In this document: piece after piece, positions 26,201 to 35,884 of the stretch
How the letters are laid out: the number at the start of each line of letters is the position of its first letter
Position numbering within the stretch: the first letter of the stretch is position 1
NCBI GenBank assembly: GCA_964644615.1
Contig: CAZXXA010000011.1
Location: 25,816-89,815, forward strand
DNA length: 64,000 nt
Direction: 5' to 3'
Source: an uncultured Methylovirgula sp.
Lineage (GTDB): Bacteria; Pseudomonadota; Alphaproteobacteria; Rhizobiales; Beijerinckiaceae
Notes under the pieces: generated by a model
Seen by the model: only the letters and a program-made list of their open reading frames with translations
Database searches by the model: none
What the model was told of the DNA's origin: nothing
Position numbers and translations under genes: made by a program

Positions 26201-28066
26201 ATGCTGCATTTGAATGACATCACTCTCCGTATGGGGCCGCGGCTTCTGTTCGATCACGCGACGGCCGCTCTGCCGGAGCGCGGGCATGTCGGTTTTGTCG
26301 GGCTCAATGGCGCGGGCAAGACGACGCTGTTCAACATGATCGCCGGCGATATGAGTCCAGACGACGGTGCAATTTCATTGCCACGCCACGCGCGCCTCGG
26401 CCGTGTTGAGCAAGAGGCGCCGGGCGGCCCGCAGAAGCTGGTCGATTTCGTCCTCGAAGCCGACCGCGAGCGTGCGGCACTGCTGCGGGAAGCCGAGACG
26501 GCGCATGATCCGAGCCGCATCGCCGAGATCCAGACGCGGCTGGTCGATATCGATGCACATGCGGCCCCCGCCCGTGCCGCTGCCATCCTCTCCGGTCTCG
26601 GCTTCGATGAGGCGGCGCAGAACCGCGCGCTTTCGGAATTTTCCGGCGGCTGGCGCATGCGCGTTGCCCTCGCCGCTGTGCTGTTTTCCGCGCCCGATCT
26701 TTTGTTGCTCGACGAGCCGACAAACTATCTCGATCTCGAAGGCACGCTTTGGCTCGTCGATTATCTGAGGCGTTATGCCGGCACGATCCTTGTCATCAGT
26801 CACGACCGCGATCTGCTCGATGCCGTGGCCGATCACATTCTGCATCTCGATCAGGCGAAGCTGACCCTCTGGCGCGGCAATTATTCAAGCTTCGAGAAGC
26901 AGCGCCGCGAGCAGCAGGCGATCCAGGCGAAGCTGCAGAAGAAGCAGGAAGACCAGCGCAAACATCTGCAAGCCTTCGTTGACCGCTTCCGCGCCAAGGC
27001 GACCAAGGCGGCGCAAGCGCAATCGCGCCTGAAGATCCTCGCCAAAATGGAGCCCGTCGCGGCGATCGTCGACGGCCATGTCCTGCCCTTCGACCTGCCC
27101 TCGCCACAAAAGCCGCTGAGCCCGCCGATCGTCGCGATGGAAAATGCCGCTGCGGGCTATGATGGCAAAGCGGTGCTGCAACGTCTGTCGCTATCGATCT
27201 CCAACGACGACCGCATCGGCCTGCTCGGCGCGAACGGCAACGGCAAATCGACGTTCGCGAAGCTCGTCGCCGGCCGGCTCGCGGCATTATCGGGCGAAGT
27301 CCGCCGCTCGTCGAAACTCGACGTCGGGTTTTTCGCACAGCATCAGATCGAAGATCTGAACGTGGCGGCGACACCCTATCAATGCGTCGCGCAGCTGATG
27401 CCGGATTCGCCCGAAGCGAAAATCCGCGCCCGCTGTGCGCAAATGGGCTTCCCGAACGTCAAAGCCGACACCAAAGTCGCGCAGCTCTCGGGCGGCGAGA
27501 AGGCGCGGCTCCTGATGGGGCTGTCGAGTTTCTTCGGCCCGCATCTGCTCATCCTCGACGAGCCGACGAACCATCTCGATATCGACAGCCGCGCCGCGCT
27601 GATCGAAGCGATCAACGATTATCAGGGCGCCGTCATCCTCGTCTCGCACGACCGCTATCTGTTGGAGGCCTGCGCCGATCGGCTGTGGCTCGTCGATTCC
27701 GGCACGGTGAAAAGCTTTTCGGGCGATATGGATGATTATACGAGATATGTGCTCGACAAGGCGGCGGCCGCTTCCGCTGCAGCAAAAAACGAAGCCGAGC
27801 CTACGCCGAAAGCCGCAGCAGCGAAGCAGCAAAGAAACGGCCCATCGCTGAAGAAACGTCTCGCTGCGGCGGAAGAGAAGATGAGCCGCTTTCACGACCT
27901 GATCGCGCGCGTCGATCAGGCGCTGGCGGACCCCGATGCCTTCACAAAAGAGCCAGCGAAGGCTGCGCAATTGGCGAAACAGCGCGGCGAATTGGCGGAT
28001 GCGCTTGCCGTCGCGGAAGAAGAATGGCTGACGCTGTCGGGCGAGATGGAAGCGCAGGCGGGCTGA
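26201..28066 (+). CDS. ABC-F family ATPase (YheS-like)
   Basis: Two NBDs: GLNGAGKT / FSGGW / LLLDEPTN and GANGNGKS / LSGGE / LILDEPTN; no TM segments. Confidence 0.95.
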   Translation: MLHLNDITLRMGPRLLFDHATAALPERGHVGFVGLNGAGKTTLFNMIAGDMSPDDGAISLPRHARLGRVEQEAPGGPQKLVDFVLEADRERAALLREAETAHDPSRIAEIQTRLVDIDAHAAPARAAAILSGLGFDEAAQNRALSEFSGGWRMRVALAAVLFSAPDLLLLDEPTNYLDLEGTLWLVDYLRRYAGTILVISHDRDLLDAVADHILHLDQAKLTLWRGNYSSFEKQRREQQAIQAKLQKKQEDQRKHLQAFVDRFRAKATKAAQAQSRLKILAKMEPVAAIVDGHVLPFDLPSPQKPLSPPIVAMENAAAGYDGKAVLQRLSLSISNDDRIGLLGANGNGKSTFAKLVAGRLAALSGEVRRSSKLDVGFFAQHQIEDLNVAATPYQCVAQLMPDSPEAKIRARCAQMGFPNVKADTKVAQLSGGEKARLLMGLSSFFGPHLLILDEPTNHLDIDSRAALIEAINDYQGAVILVSHDRYLLEACADRLWLVDSGTVKSFSGDMDDYTRYVLDKAAAASAAAKNEAEPTPKAAAAKQQRNGPSLKKRLAAAEEKMSRFHDLIARVDQALADPDAFTKEPAKAAQLAKQRGELADALAVAEEEWLTLSGEMEAQAG

Positions 28067-28120
28067 GGCCCCTCCGCCATCGGAGGGGCTGAACGTCCGT
28101 ATGCGCCCTCAAACGATCCT

Positions 28121-28236
28121 TAGAGCATCTTCCGCTCGGATAGAATCATCCGAACGAAAAGAAGATGCTCCAGCTCAATAAGTTAGAGCATGTTCTCGTC
28201 GAAAAAGTCGTGCAACTTTTTCGGAACATGCTCTAG
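28121..28236. repeat. TAGAGCAT-bounded palindromic intergenic repeat (Bru-RS-like element)
   Basis: Two palindromic units: GAGCATCTT..AAGATGCTC and TAGAGCATGTT..AACATGCTCTA. Confidence 0.7.
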
Positions 28237-28826
28237 TTGGCGGGCCGATAGGCTGCCTCAACCAAAGAAGACGGATTTTCGCGTTCGCGCGGCGGCGCCT
28301 TCGTCTCGACGGTCCCGCGACTGGGATGATCCTGCAACTTATAGGGTTCGTGACTCAAGGCCGGATGCGCCGCCATCGCGCCACAGCTCCCATATGTGTG
28401 CGAGACGACCTTTGGATGGCCGCTGCCGTCGCGCACGACGCTCATCATATGCGTGCAGCTCATCCCATTTCCCAATTCCGTCGAGACGACGGCGTATTGC
28501 GTCGCCCCCGGTGCGACGTCGCGCAGACCAACAGGGAACGGCTGCTCCGGCACCCACAGCGGCATGGACGGAAAATCCGTCGCGTCGATGAGCGCATCCA
28601 TCTCACGGTTCATTTCGTCCGAGATGCGATCCATAGCCGTGAAGGGATTCGTACCGAAGGTGATCTGCGGCGGGACATCGCCGCTATAGCGAATCTGGGC
28701 GGTTCCCCCGTCGGGAAGTTGCACAGTTATGCGGTGAAAGGCTGGCGACGCAAGGGCCAGTCCTACGCTACCGGCAAGGGCGCAAGCTGCGATGCCGGCT
28801 AAGAGAACATTTCGAGCGGTTTGCAT
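28233..28826 (-). CDS. Secreted hypothetical protein
   Basis: Signal MQTARNVLLAGIAACALAGSVGLALA; two Cys near the C-terminus. Confidence 0.65.
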   Translation of the reverse strand: MQTARNVLLAGIAACALAGSVGLALASPAFHRITVQLPDGGTAQIRYSGDVPPQITFGTNPFTAMDRISDEMNREMDALIDATDFPSMPLWVPEQPFPVGLRDVAPGATQYAVVSTELGNGMSCTHMMSVVRDGSGHPKVVSHTYGSCGAMAAHPALSHEPYKLQDHPSRGTVETKAPPRERENPSSLVEAAYRPAN

Positions 28827-29070
28827 GAATTGCCTCCTTCATTTCCCTCGAGATGTTGAGACGAAAAAAAAATAGGAATCGATTTCGGCGCGTTTTAGAT
28901 CGGCGAACTGAAATTTTGGTAATGAAAGAAGCGCGCTCTGCTGACGCGGCGGACGGCGATCACATCACATTTGCGAGGTCGGGCCACGCAACCATCTGCG
29001 GCATCGCCGGCGTTAATTTCTGGACAGATGTCCCAATTTCGCGCTTAAGCTGGACCGGAGCGCAACGCGT

Positions 29071-30012
29071 TTGACCCTGGTGACGGACGAATTGAGCGGC
29101 TTTTCCCTCGTGATCCACGGTGGTGCGGGCAGCATCCGTGCACCGGAACGTTTTGAGGCCTCGCTACGTGACATCATCGCGGACGGTGCGGCGCGTCTCG
29201 AAGCGGGTGCATCGGCACTGGATGTCGTCAGCCATTGCGTTGCCCGTCTCGAAGATGATCCGCTCTACAATGCCGGGCGCGGCTCGGTCTTGAATGCGCA
29301 AGGCGCGGTCGAATGCGATGCCTCCATCATGGACGGCCGTACTCTGGACGCTGGCGCGGTTGCGGGCGTGCGCGGCGTCAAAAATCCCGTGCTGCTGGCG
29401 CGCGCTGTCTTGGAAAAGAGCGCGCATGTGCTGCTGATCGGTGACGGCGCCGAAATGTTCGCGCGCGAACATAAACTCGCCTTTGAAGATCCCGCCTATT
29501 TCTTAACCCCACATCGCGTCGCGCAACTCGCGCGGGTTAAGGAAAAGCAGTCGATCGCGCTCGACCACTCAGGTGATGATGCGAAGCTCGGCACGGTCGG
29601 CGCCGTTGCGCGCGATAAGCACGGCAATCTCGCTGCCGCGACCTCAACCGGCGGCCTCGTCAACAAGCAATGGGGACGCGTCGGCGACTCGCCCATCATC
29701 GGTGCCGGCACTTTTGCCGATAATGCGAGCTGCGCCATCTCCTGCACCGGCATCGGCGAAGATTTTCTGCGCACCGCGCTTGCGCGCACCGGCGCGTTCT
29801 TCATCGAAGATCGCGGCATGCAGGCACAAGACGCCGCCGATGAAGCGATCCGCTATCTCACGCGCAAAGTGAAAGGGATGGGCGGCCTCATTCTCATCGA
29901 TCGCAATGGAAGGTGCGCGCGCGCTTTTTCGACGCCCGACATGCTGAGCGCAACGGCCGAAAATAGCGAAATCCGCGTCGACCCGGCAGGATCCGTCACC
30001 CGCGGCGTTTAA
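29071..30012 (+). CDS. iaaA: Isoaspartyl peptidase / L-asparaginase (Ntn hydrolase)
   Basis: IHGGAG, LEDDPLYNAGRG, GTVGAVA, AATSTGG, GRVGDSPIIGAG. Confidence 0.95.
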   Translation: MTLVTDELSGFSLVIHGGAGSIRAPERFEASLRDIIADGAARLEAGASALDVVSHCVARLEDDPLYNAGRGSVLNAQGAVECDASIMDGRTLDAGAVAGVRGVKNPVLLARAVLEKSAHVLLIGDGAEMFAREHKLAFEDPAYFLTPHRVAQLARVKEKQSIALDHSGDDAKLGTVGAVARDKHGNLAAATSTGGLVNKQWGRVGDSPIIGAGTFADNASCAISCTGIGEDFLRTALARTGAFFIEDRGMQAQDAADEAIRYLTRKVKGMGGLILIDRNGRCARAFSTPDMLSATAENSEIRVDPAGSVTRGV

Positions 30013-30137
30013 GCTGAAACCTAAACGAATCCATTGATATAGCTAGCATCCCACCGTTCGCATCGAACGACAGCTTGACATACTCATAACTCCGCGGTTA
30101 TTGGTTTAATAAATAACTGCAGAGTTATGGTTTGCTG

Positions 30138-30461
30138 ATGCGCGCTACCTCCGATGAACTCTTTAGGGTGCTGGCCGATCCGACCCGCCGCGCGATCTTC
30201 GAGCGCCTCTGCCGCCATGGCGAACAGACGGTGCGCGCGTTGACGGATCAGGCCGGCGTCTCGCAGCCGGCCGTCTCGAAGCACCTTGGCGTCCTCAAGA
30301 TCGCTGGCCTGGTTCGCGATCGGCACGAGGGCCGTGAAACCCACTACAGCGCCAAGCCGCAAGGGCTCCGGCCGTTGATCGATTGGATGAGCCATTACGG
30401 CGCATTCTGGAATGACCGTCTCGATCGTCTCGAAGATCTGCTGAAGAGGATGGATCAATGA
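30138..30461 (+). CDS. ArsR/SmtB family repressor
   Basis: FRVLADPTRRAIF, SQPAVSKHL. Confidence 0.92.
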   Translation: MRATSDELFRVLADPTRRAIFERLCRHGEQTVRALTDQAGVSQPAVSKHLGVLKIAGLVRDRHEGRETHYSAKPQGLRPLIDWMSHYGAFWNDRLDRLEDLLKRMDQ

Positions 30462-30886
30462 CCACTACGGATACGCGCAGCCTCGTTATCGAACGCGAAA
30501 TTTCGCATCCGCTCGACAAAGTGTGGCGCGCTCTCACCCAAGGCGCCTTGATGGAGGAGTGGCTCTTGAAGAATGATTTTCAGCCGGTCGTCGGCCACAA
30601 ATTCAAGCTTCGGGCGCCGCCGATGCCGCAGTGGGACGGCATCGTCGATTGCGAAGTGTTGGAAATCGAACCGCAGAAGCGTCTGTCCTACAGCTGGAAT
30701 GTGGGCGAGGCCGCGACGGGCATCGCAACCGTCGTGACGTTCACGCTAACGCCGATCGAAAGCGGCGTTCTCCTGCGCATGGAACAGAGCGGATTCCGCG
30801 CCGATCAGGAACAGAATTACCAGGGCGCCAATTACGGCTGGCAGAAATTCCTCGCCGCGCTCGACCGCGTCGTCGCGAAGCTTTGA
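30458..30886 (+). CDS. SRPBCC/AHSA1 domain protein
   Basis: ATGA overlap; KVWRALT..EWLLKNDFQPVVGHKF..GWQKF. Confidence 0.9.
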   Translation: MTTTDTRSLVIEREISHPLDKVWRALTQGALMEEWLLKNDFQPVVGHKFKLRAPPMPQWDGIVDCEVLEIEPQKRLSYSWNVGEAATGIATVVTFTLTPIESGVLLRMEQSGFRADQEQNYQGANYGWQKFLAALDRVVAKL

Positions 30887-30972
30887 TCTTCGAAGCTTTG
30901 ATCGTCATAGCCGCAGCCCGCGCGTCTGCTCGGGCTGCACGTTCTACGCATCTGATTTGATAGCTACCAACG

Positions 30973-31368
30973 TCAGCGCCGGTATTGCTCGTCGCTGACA
31001 TGTTCCATCCAGTCGACGGCTTTGCCGTCCTGTCTTTCCTGAATGGCGATGTGAGTCATCGCGCTTGTCGGCGTGGCGCCGTGCCAATGTTTTTCGCCGG
31101 GCGCAAACCAGATGACATCGCCCGGACGAATCTCCTCGACCGGACCGTCCCAACGTTGAACCCAGCCGCAGCCGGCGGTGACGATCAGCGTCTGGCCGAG
31201 CGGATGCGTATGCCACGCTGTGCGGGCGCCCGGCTCGAAGGTGACGCTGGCACCGGCAACCCGCGCCGGATCGGGCGGGCTGAAAAGCGGATCGATTCGC
31301 ACAGTGCCAGTGAACCAATCGGCCGGCCCCTTGCCGGACGGCTGCGATCCGCTGCGTTGAATATCCAT
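30973..31368 (-). CDS. Cupin domain protein
   Basis: [43 protein letters not shown]. Confidence 0.92.
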   Translation of the reverse strand: MDIQRSGSQPSGKGPADWFTGTVRIDPLFSPPDPARVAGASVTFEPGARTAWHTHPLGQTLIVTAGCGWVQRWDGPVEEIRPGDVIWFAPGEKHWHGATPTSAMTHIAIQERQDGKAVDWMEHVSDEQYRR

Positions 31369-31539
31369 GACTCAGACTCCGTCACGATGAAAAGCATTTC
31401 ATGTCATCCATATAGGTCAGCCAGCGCGCCAAAGGTTACATCGATGTTCGTAAGTGACTAAAATGTTCCGTCTTGTGGCTGATGTCCGGTCGTCTATTTT
31501 CCTCCAGTTGCGCAATGAAACGACGCATCGGAGATTTGC

Positions 31540-31941
31540 ATGACATTCGTCACAGATAGATTGGCGAACTATCCGCCATGCTCGCGCGGCGCCAATATCG
31601 CTGCCTGGATCCTTCAAATTCTGCTGGCATTCGCGTTTCTGGCTGCGGCCGGCGCGAAACTCGCGTCCGTACCGATGCTGGTACAGGAGTTTGGACAAAC
31701 GGGCTCGGACAAGAGTTTCGTTATATCATCGCGGCAGTCGAAATCCTCGGCGCGATCGCGCTTCTCGCACCGCGAACAAACCGTCCTTGGAGCACTTTGG
31801 CTCGCCGCGACGATGACCGGCGCGACAATCGCCCATTTGACCCGGCTTCACACATCGCCAATGCCTGCGCTCGTGCTGCTCGCGCTCAGCCTGACGGTCG
31901 CTTGGCTCCGCCGCGATCAGATCGTAGGAATCATGCGCTAA
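31540..31941 (+). pseudogene. DoxX family gene with two compensating frameshifts (about 31700 and 31779)
   Basis: One frame gives WILQILLAFAFLAAAGAKL and VLGALWLAATMTGA; the missing DoxX segment GLGQEFRYIIAAVEILGAIALLAPRT lies in another frame between them. Confidence 0.7.
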
Positions 31942-31971
31942 GCGCGCTAAGCCCTCTTCGGGAGAAGCGGT

Positions 31972-32700
31972 TCAACCGCGATCCGCACGCTTCAACAGCG
32001 CACGCCAATGCCGGCGCCCAACCTGCGCGGTCGCCGCGATATCCTCAATCGCGACAGGCGCGAGTCCTCGCGCCTTTGCACGCTCGAACAACGACGGCGG
32101 CAGCGGCCAGGGCGGCCCCGAAGCCTCCTCCTCTTCACTGCGCGCCCGCGCGACGATGAGAAGCCTGCCGTCCGGCGCGAGAAGCTCGGAGAAAATTCCG
32201 AGCGCCTGATCAATCAAGGGCGCCGAGATCGCCTGCAACGTATAGCACTCATGCACGAGATCGAATCGGCCGCGCCAATCTTTCGGCAGAGCAAAGAGAT
32301 CCGCGACACGATAATCGACATCGCTTTGCGGAAAGCGGCGCTTCGCCCAGGTGATCGCATCGGCGACGAAATCGAAACCCGTCACCTTTGCGCCGGCCGC
32401 GGCAAAACATTCGGCATTGTCGCCGAGCCCGCAGCCGACGTCGAGCACGCGCAGGCCATCGATGCCGCGGATTTGCGCTTTGACGAAAGCCGCCGTCAGC
32501 GGATGCGCCTTGAGATTGGCCCAAGGCACCTGCGCGGGATCATTGTCAGCGCGGCTGTAAACGGTTTCGAACCATTGACGCCGCAGCGGATCGCCGGCTT
32601 CGCCACCGTGCATGGCCGGATCGATCGCATCGAGCACCTTGCGCGCTTCGGCACGCCGCGCCTGAAACTCGGGCGACGCGGGATCGAGCGAGAGAGTCAC
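31972..32700 (-). CDS. Class I SAM-dependent methyltransferase (TPMT-like)
   Basis: VLDVGCGLGDNA, FDLVHECYTLQ; GTGA overlap with the holC stop. Confidence 0.88.
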   Translation of the reverse strand: MTLSLDPASPEFQARRAEARKVLDAIDPAMHGGEAGDPLRRQWFETVYSRADNDPAQVPWANLKAHPLTAAFVKAQIRGIDGLRVLDVGCGLGDNAECFAAAGAKVTGFDFVADAITWAKRRFPQSDVDYRVADLFALPKDWRGRFDLVHECYTLQAISAPLIDQALGIFSELLAPDGRLLIVARARSEEEEASGPPWPLPPSLFERAKARGLAPVAIEDIAATAQVGRRHWRALLKRADRG

Positions 32701-33164
32701 GCTTTCTTTTCCCAGCCGCCGCGCCCGTTCTGCTGCCAATAGGCGAGACTTAGCCCCTGCTCTTTCAGCTGCTTCCACTGCGCGCGGGCAGCAGACAGCT
32801 GATCCTCGTCATTGCCGTCGAACAGGAGGATGAAGCGCTCGTAGAGTTCGCAGGGCTCGTCGGCGATGAGCTTTGCGACATCGGCGCCTTCGACAAAGAG
32901 GCGCAAGCGCGCGCTGTTGGGATTTTCGCTCCCGGTCGTCAGATAGATCGGCTGCAGATCGGCATCGCCGTCGCGCGCCCGGCCATGCGCCAGAAAACTT
33001 GCATCCGCATAGATCCACAGCGTGTCGTCGAGCGCATCAAGACGCTCTTCGGCGCTCGCCTGCACGACGACGCGCCAGCCGCGCTCAAGCGCTTTTTCAA
33101 GCAAGCTCGGCAACGCCCGTTCGAGCGGCTGATGCTGCAGATGATAGAACCAGACTTCAGGCAT
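32697..33164 (-). CDS. holC: DNA polymerase III subunit chi
   Basis: MPEVWFYHL, LDDTLW..SFLAHG, ARAQWK. Confidence 0.93.
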   Translation of the reverse strand: MPEVWFYHLQHQPLERALPSLLEKALERGWRVVVQASAEERLDALDDTLWIYADASFLAHGRARDGDADLQPIYLTTGSENPNSARLRLFVEGADVAKLIADEPCELYERFILLFDGNDEDQLSAARAQWKQLKEQGLSLAYWQQNGRGGWEKKA

Positions 33165-33169
33165 GGCAC

Positions 33170-33336
33170 CGTCATGCGCGGACTTGACCCGCGCATCCAG
33201 AACAAACTTCTGCGGAGACTTTCGATATCCCCGCGAAGTTGGAGCGAACATCTTGAGGGCTTAGCACCTGGATGCGCCGATCATAGGGCGTCCATTAGGA
33301 CGCCCGTCTTTCGACGGGCTATGTCCGCGCATGACG
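33170..33336. repeat. REP-like element (GTCATGCGCGG..CCGCGCATGAC termini) with nested double hairpin
   Basis: Terminal inverted repeats; internal CATAGGGCGTCC..GGACGCCCGTC..GACGGGCTATG. Confidence 0.75.
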
Positions 33337-33346
33337 CCTCCCCCGA

Positions 33347-34978
33347 TCATACCTCGTAATATTTCGCCACCAAACGGTCGAGCAGGCGCACCCCATAACC
33401 CGAGGCCCAGCTTTGATTGATATCCGTCGCGGGCGAACTCATGCCGGTGCCGGCAATGTCGAGATGCGCCCAGGGCGTGCCATTGACGAAGCGCTGGAGG
33501 AATTGCGCCGCGGTGATCGAACCGCCGTGCCGGCCGCCGGTGTTTTTCATATCGGCAAATTTCGAATCGATGAGCTTGTCGTAGGACGGCCCGAGCGGCA
33601 GGCGCCAGACCTTCTCATTCGTCTCTTTGCCGGCGACCGCGAGCCGCTCGCTCAGTTCGTCATTGTTCGAGAACAGGCCCGCATGCTCCTGGCCGAGCGC
33701 GACGAGAATTGCACCGGTCAGCGTCGCCAGATCGATCATGAACTGCGGCTTGTATTTGTCCTGCACATACCAGAGCACATCCGCGAGGACGAGCCGGCCT
33801 TCGGCATCCGTATTGATGATTTCGATCGTCTGGCCGGACATGGATTTGACAATGTCGCCCGGCCGCTGCGCACTGGAGCCTGGCATGTTCTCGACAAGGC
33901 CGATAGCGCCAATCGCATCGACCTTCGCCTTGCGCGCAGCAAGCGTATGCATCAGACCGACGACGCAGGCGGCGCCCGCCATATCGCCCTTCATGTCCTC
34001 CATGCCGGCGGCCGGCTTGATCGAAATACCACCCGTGTCGAAAGTGACGCCCTTACCGATGAAGGCGATCGGCTTCGGCTTGTCCTTGCCCGGTTCCTTG
34101 CCGCCCTTGTTGCCGCGCCAGCGCATAATGACCAGGCGGCTTTCGCGATCGGATCCCTGGCCGACGCCAAGCAGTGCGCCCATGCCGAGCTTCTTCATTT
34201 CGGCTTGATCGAGAATCGTGACTTCGACCCCAAGCTCTTCAAGCTCCTGCGCGCGGCGGGCGAATTCTTCCGGATAAAGGACATTCGCCGGCTCATTGAC
34301 CAGCGAGCGGGCAATCACCACGCCTTCGGCTTCCGCATCGCGGGCCTTTGCTTCGCGCTTCGCCGCGGCCGGATCGGCAACGGCAATCGTGATCTCGGTG
34401 CCGTTCGATTCCTCTTCGTCCTTCTTCTTCGTCTTATAGGTGTCGAATTTATAATCGCGCAGCCGCATGCCCTCGGCGAATTCGGCGGCGGCCGCCGCCA
34501 CATCATGCGGCGCACGTGGCAGATCGAAGGCTACCGCCGCGTTGGCGCCCGCGCCGAGCTTGCCGAGCACGAAACCGCCAAGGCTGATGTAATCTGCCGT
34601 TATGTCGCCGGTGGATTTGCCGGCGGCATCCTTGCCTTTGCCCTTCGGCGCTTCCTCCGGACCTGTGCCTGTGCCGATCACCAGAAGCCGGTCGGCGGCA
34701 AAACCGGCAGGCGCGATAATGTCGAGCGCCGATGAGTTCTTGCCCTTGAATTTTGTCGCACCGGCCGCGCGCTTGATCAACGCCTCGCCATCCGATCCGA
34801 TCAGCTTGCGAGTCGTCGCGCCGAACGCAAAATCCGGACCCATGAAGATCACGAGAGTTTGAGCAGACTTTCCCTTTCCGGAACGCTTCGCAGCGGCCTG
34901 CGCGGACCCTTGGGCCGCGGACCCTTGAGCGTTGAGTGATGCGAGCGCCGCGAAATCAATTTTGATCGATTGAGACAT
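33347..34978 (-). CDS. pepA: Leucyl aminopeptidase (M17)
   Basis: [31 protein letters not shown]. Confidence 0.97.
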   Translation of the reverse strand: MSQSIKIDFAALASLNAQGSAAQGSAQAAAKRSGKGKSAQTLVIFMGPDFAFGATTRKLIGSDGEALIKRAAGATKFKGKNSSALDIIAPAGFAADRLLVIGTGTGPEEAPKGKGKDAAGKSTGDITADYISLGGFVLGKLGAGANAAVAFDLPRAPHDVAAAAAEFAEGMRLRDYKFDTYKTKKKDEEESNGTEITIAVADPAAAKREAKARDAEAEGVVIARSLVNEPANVLYPEEFARRAQELEELGVEVTILDQAEMKKLGMGALLGVGQGSDRESRLVIMRWRGNKGGKEPGKDKPKPIAFIGKGVTFDTGGISIKPAAGMEDMKGDMAGAACVVGLMHTLAARKAKVDAIGAIGLVENMPGSSAQRPGDIVKSMSGQTIEIINTDAEGRLVLADVLWYVQDKYKPQFMIDLATLTGAILVALGQEHAGLFSNNDELSERLAVAGKETNEKVWRLPLGPSYDKLIDSKFADMKNTGGRHGGSITAAQFLQRFVNGTPWAHLDIAGTGMSSPATDINQSWASGYGVRLLDRLVAKYYEV

Positions 34979-35243
34979 GTGTGCTGGACTTTCCCAAAAA
35001 CGCTTTGCACCAAAGGTGCTGCCCAAGGCTGCGCGCCATCATGTGGAGCGATGCGGCGACGTGCAAGTGCATAGACCATATGTAATATCATTTTCCGGCT
35101 TCGCCCGCAGCCTGCGGCAGCCCTCCTCTGGAGGACAAACCTCGCGCAGGATCAGACATTTACGCCTCGCCTTGCGATGATACGAACTGCTGAGATCAAC
35201 GGGCTAAGCGTCGGAGGCTCCGCGCCCTGGCGACGCGCTGATT

Positions 35244-35872
35244 CGTGTCGCGGTCATGGTTCCGCGACGCGGCGATTATTTTTGCGTGTCAAACAGGAAC
35301 AGCCGAACGTACCAGGTGGCAGCTTTGGTGTATCTGAATGCATCCCCACACGATGCCTTGATGGCGGCTTAATGCCGCCAGTGACACGCCCGCCACGGCG
35401 CGACGTATTTGCATGAATTCGCCCTTAAAATGCCCTGACATGCTTGCACCCAAGACGCTGACTTTGTAGCCAGTTAGCGGGGGGCGCATGAAGCCGAGAA
35501 AATCGACTCGCGGCGCCGTGTCGGATCGCAACGATCCATTCGGGATGAGGGACATCGGCATCTGCAGTCTGTCTCTCCGGTGCCGGCGCTCGATCTTCGC
35601 GCCCAGCCGCCGGCCAGAGGCATGGATTATACCGTGCGTTCCTCGGCCTGAGCGCGCGGCCTTTCTCACGAAAAAGGGGGTGGCGTTTTGGGAGGCTCAC
35701 CAAAGCCTCGGCGGGCTGGGATCCTAACGACGGATCTACGGCGGAATGGTTACGGCCTTTCCCTTCGGCCCCAGGGCACTGGGTCCGCACCAGCGGATCC
35801 GACCGACTCTCAAGCGGGAGTCGGAACGGTGAGTCACATCCGGAAGGACCTCGGCACACTTGGCACCAGGTC
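35244..35872. ncRNA. Candidate structured non-coding region, family unassigned
   Basis: At least eight short GC stems in about 630 nt and no credible ORF. Confidence 0.3.
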
Positions 35873-35884
35873 GGGAGGTGGCGC

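Noticed and set aside
30876-30903. 13-bp direct duplication CGAAGCTTTGATC at the SRPBCC stop
   Set aside because: Short local duplication with no effect on coding and no element signature.
35745-35800. AAGGGAA on the minus strand preceded by GGTGC, suggesting a cobalamin riboswitch
   Set aside because: The following CGGTG..AATCC and GCCCCCGCAACTGT elements are absent.
35839-35848. TCCGGAAGGA resembling the SRP RNA loop
   Set aside because: Flanking CAGG and AGCAG internal-loop bases are missing.
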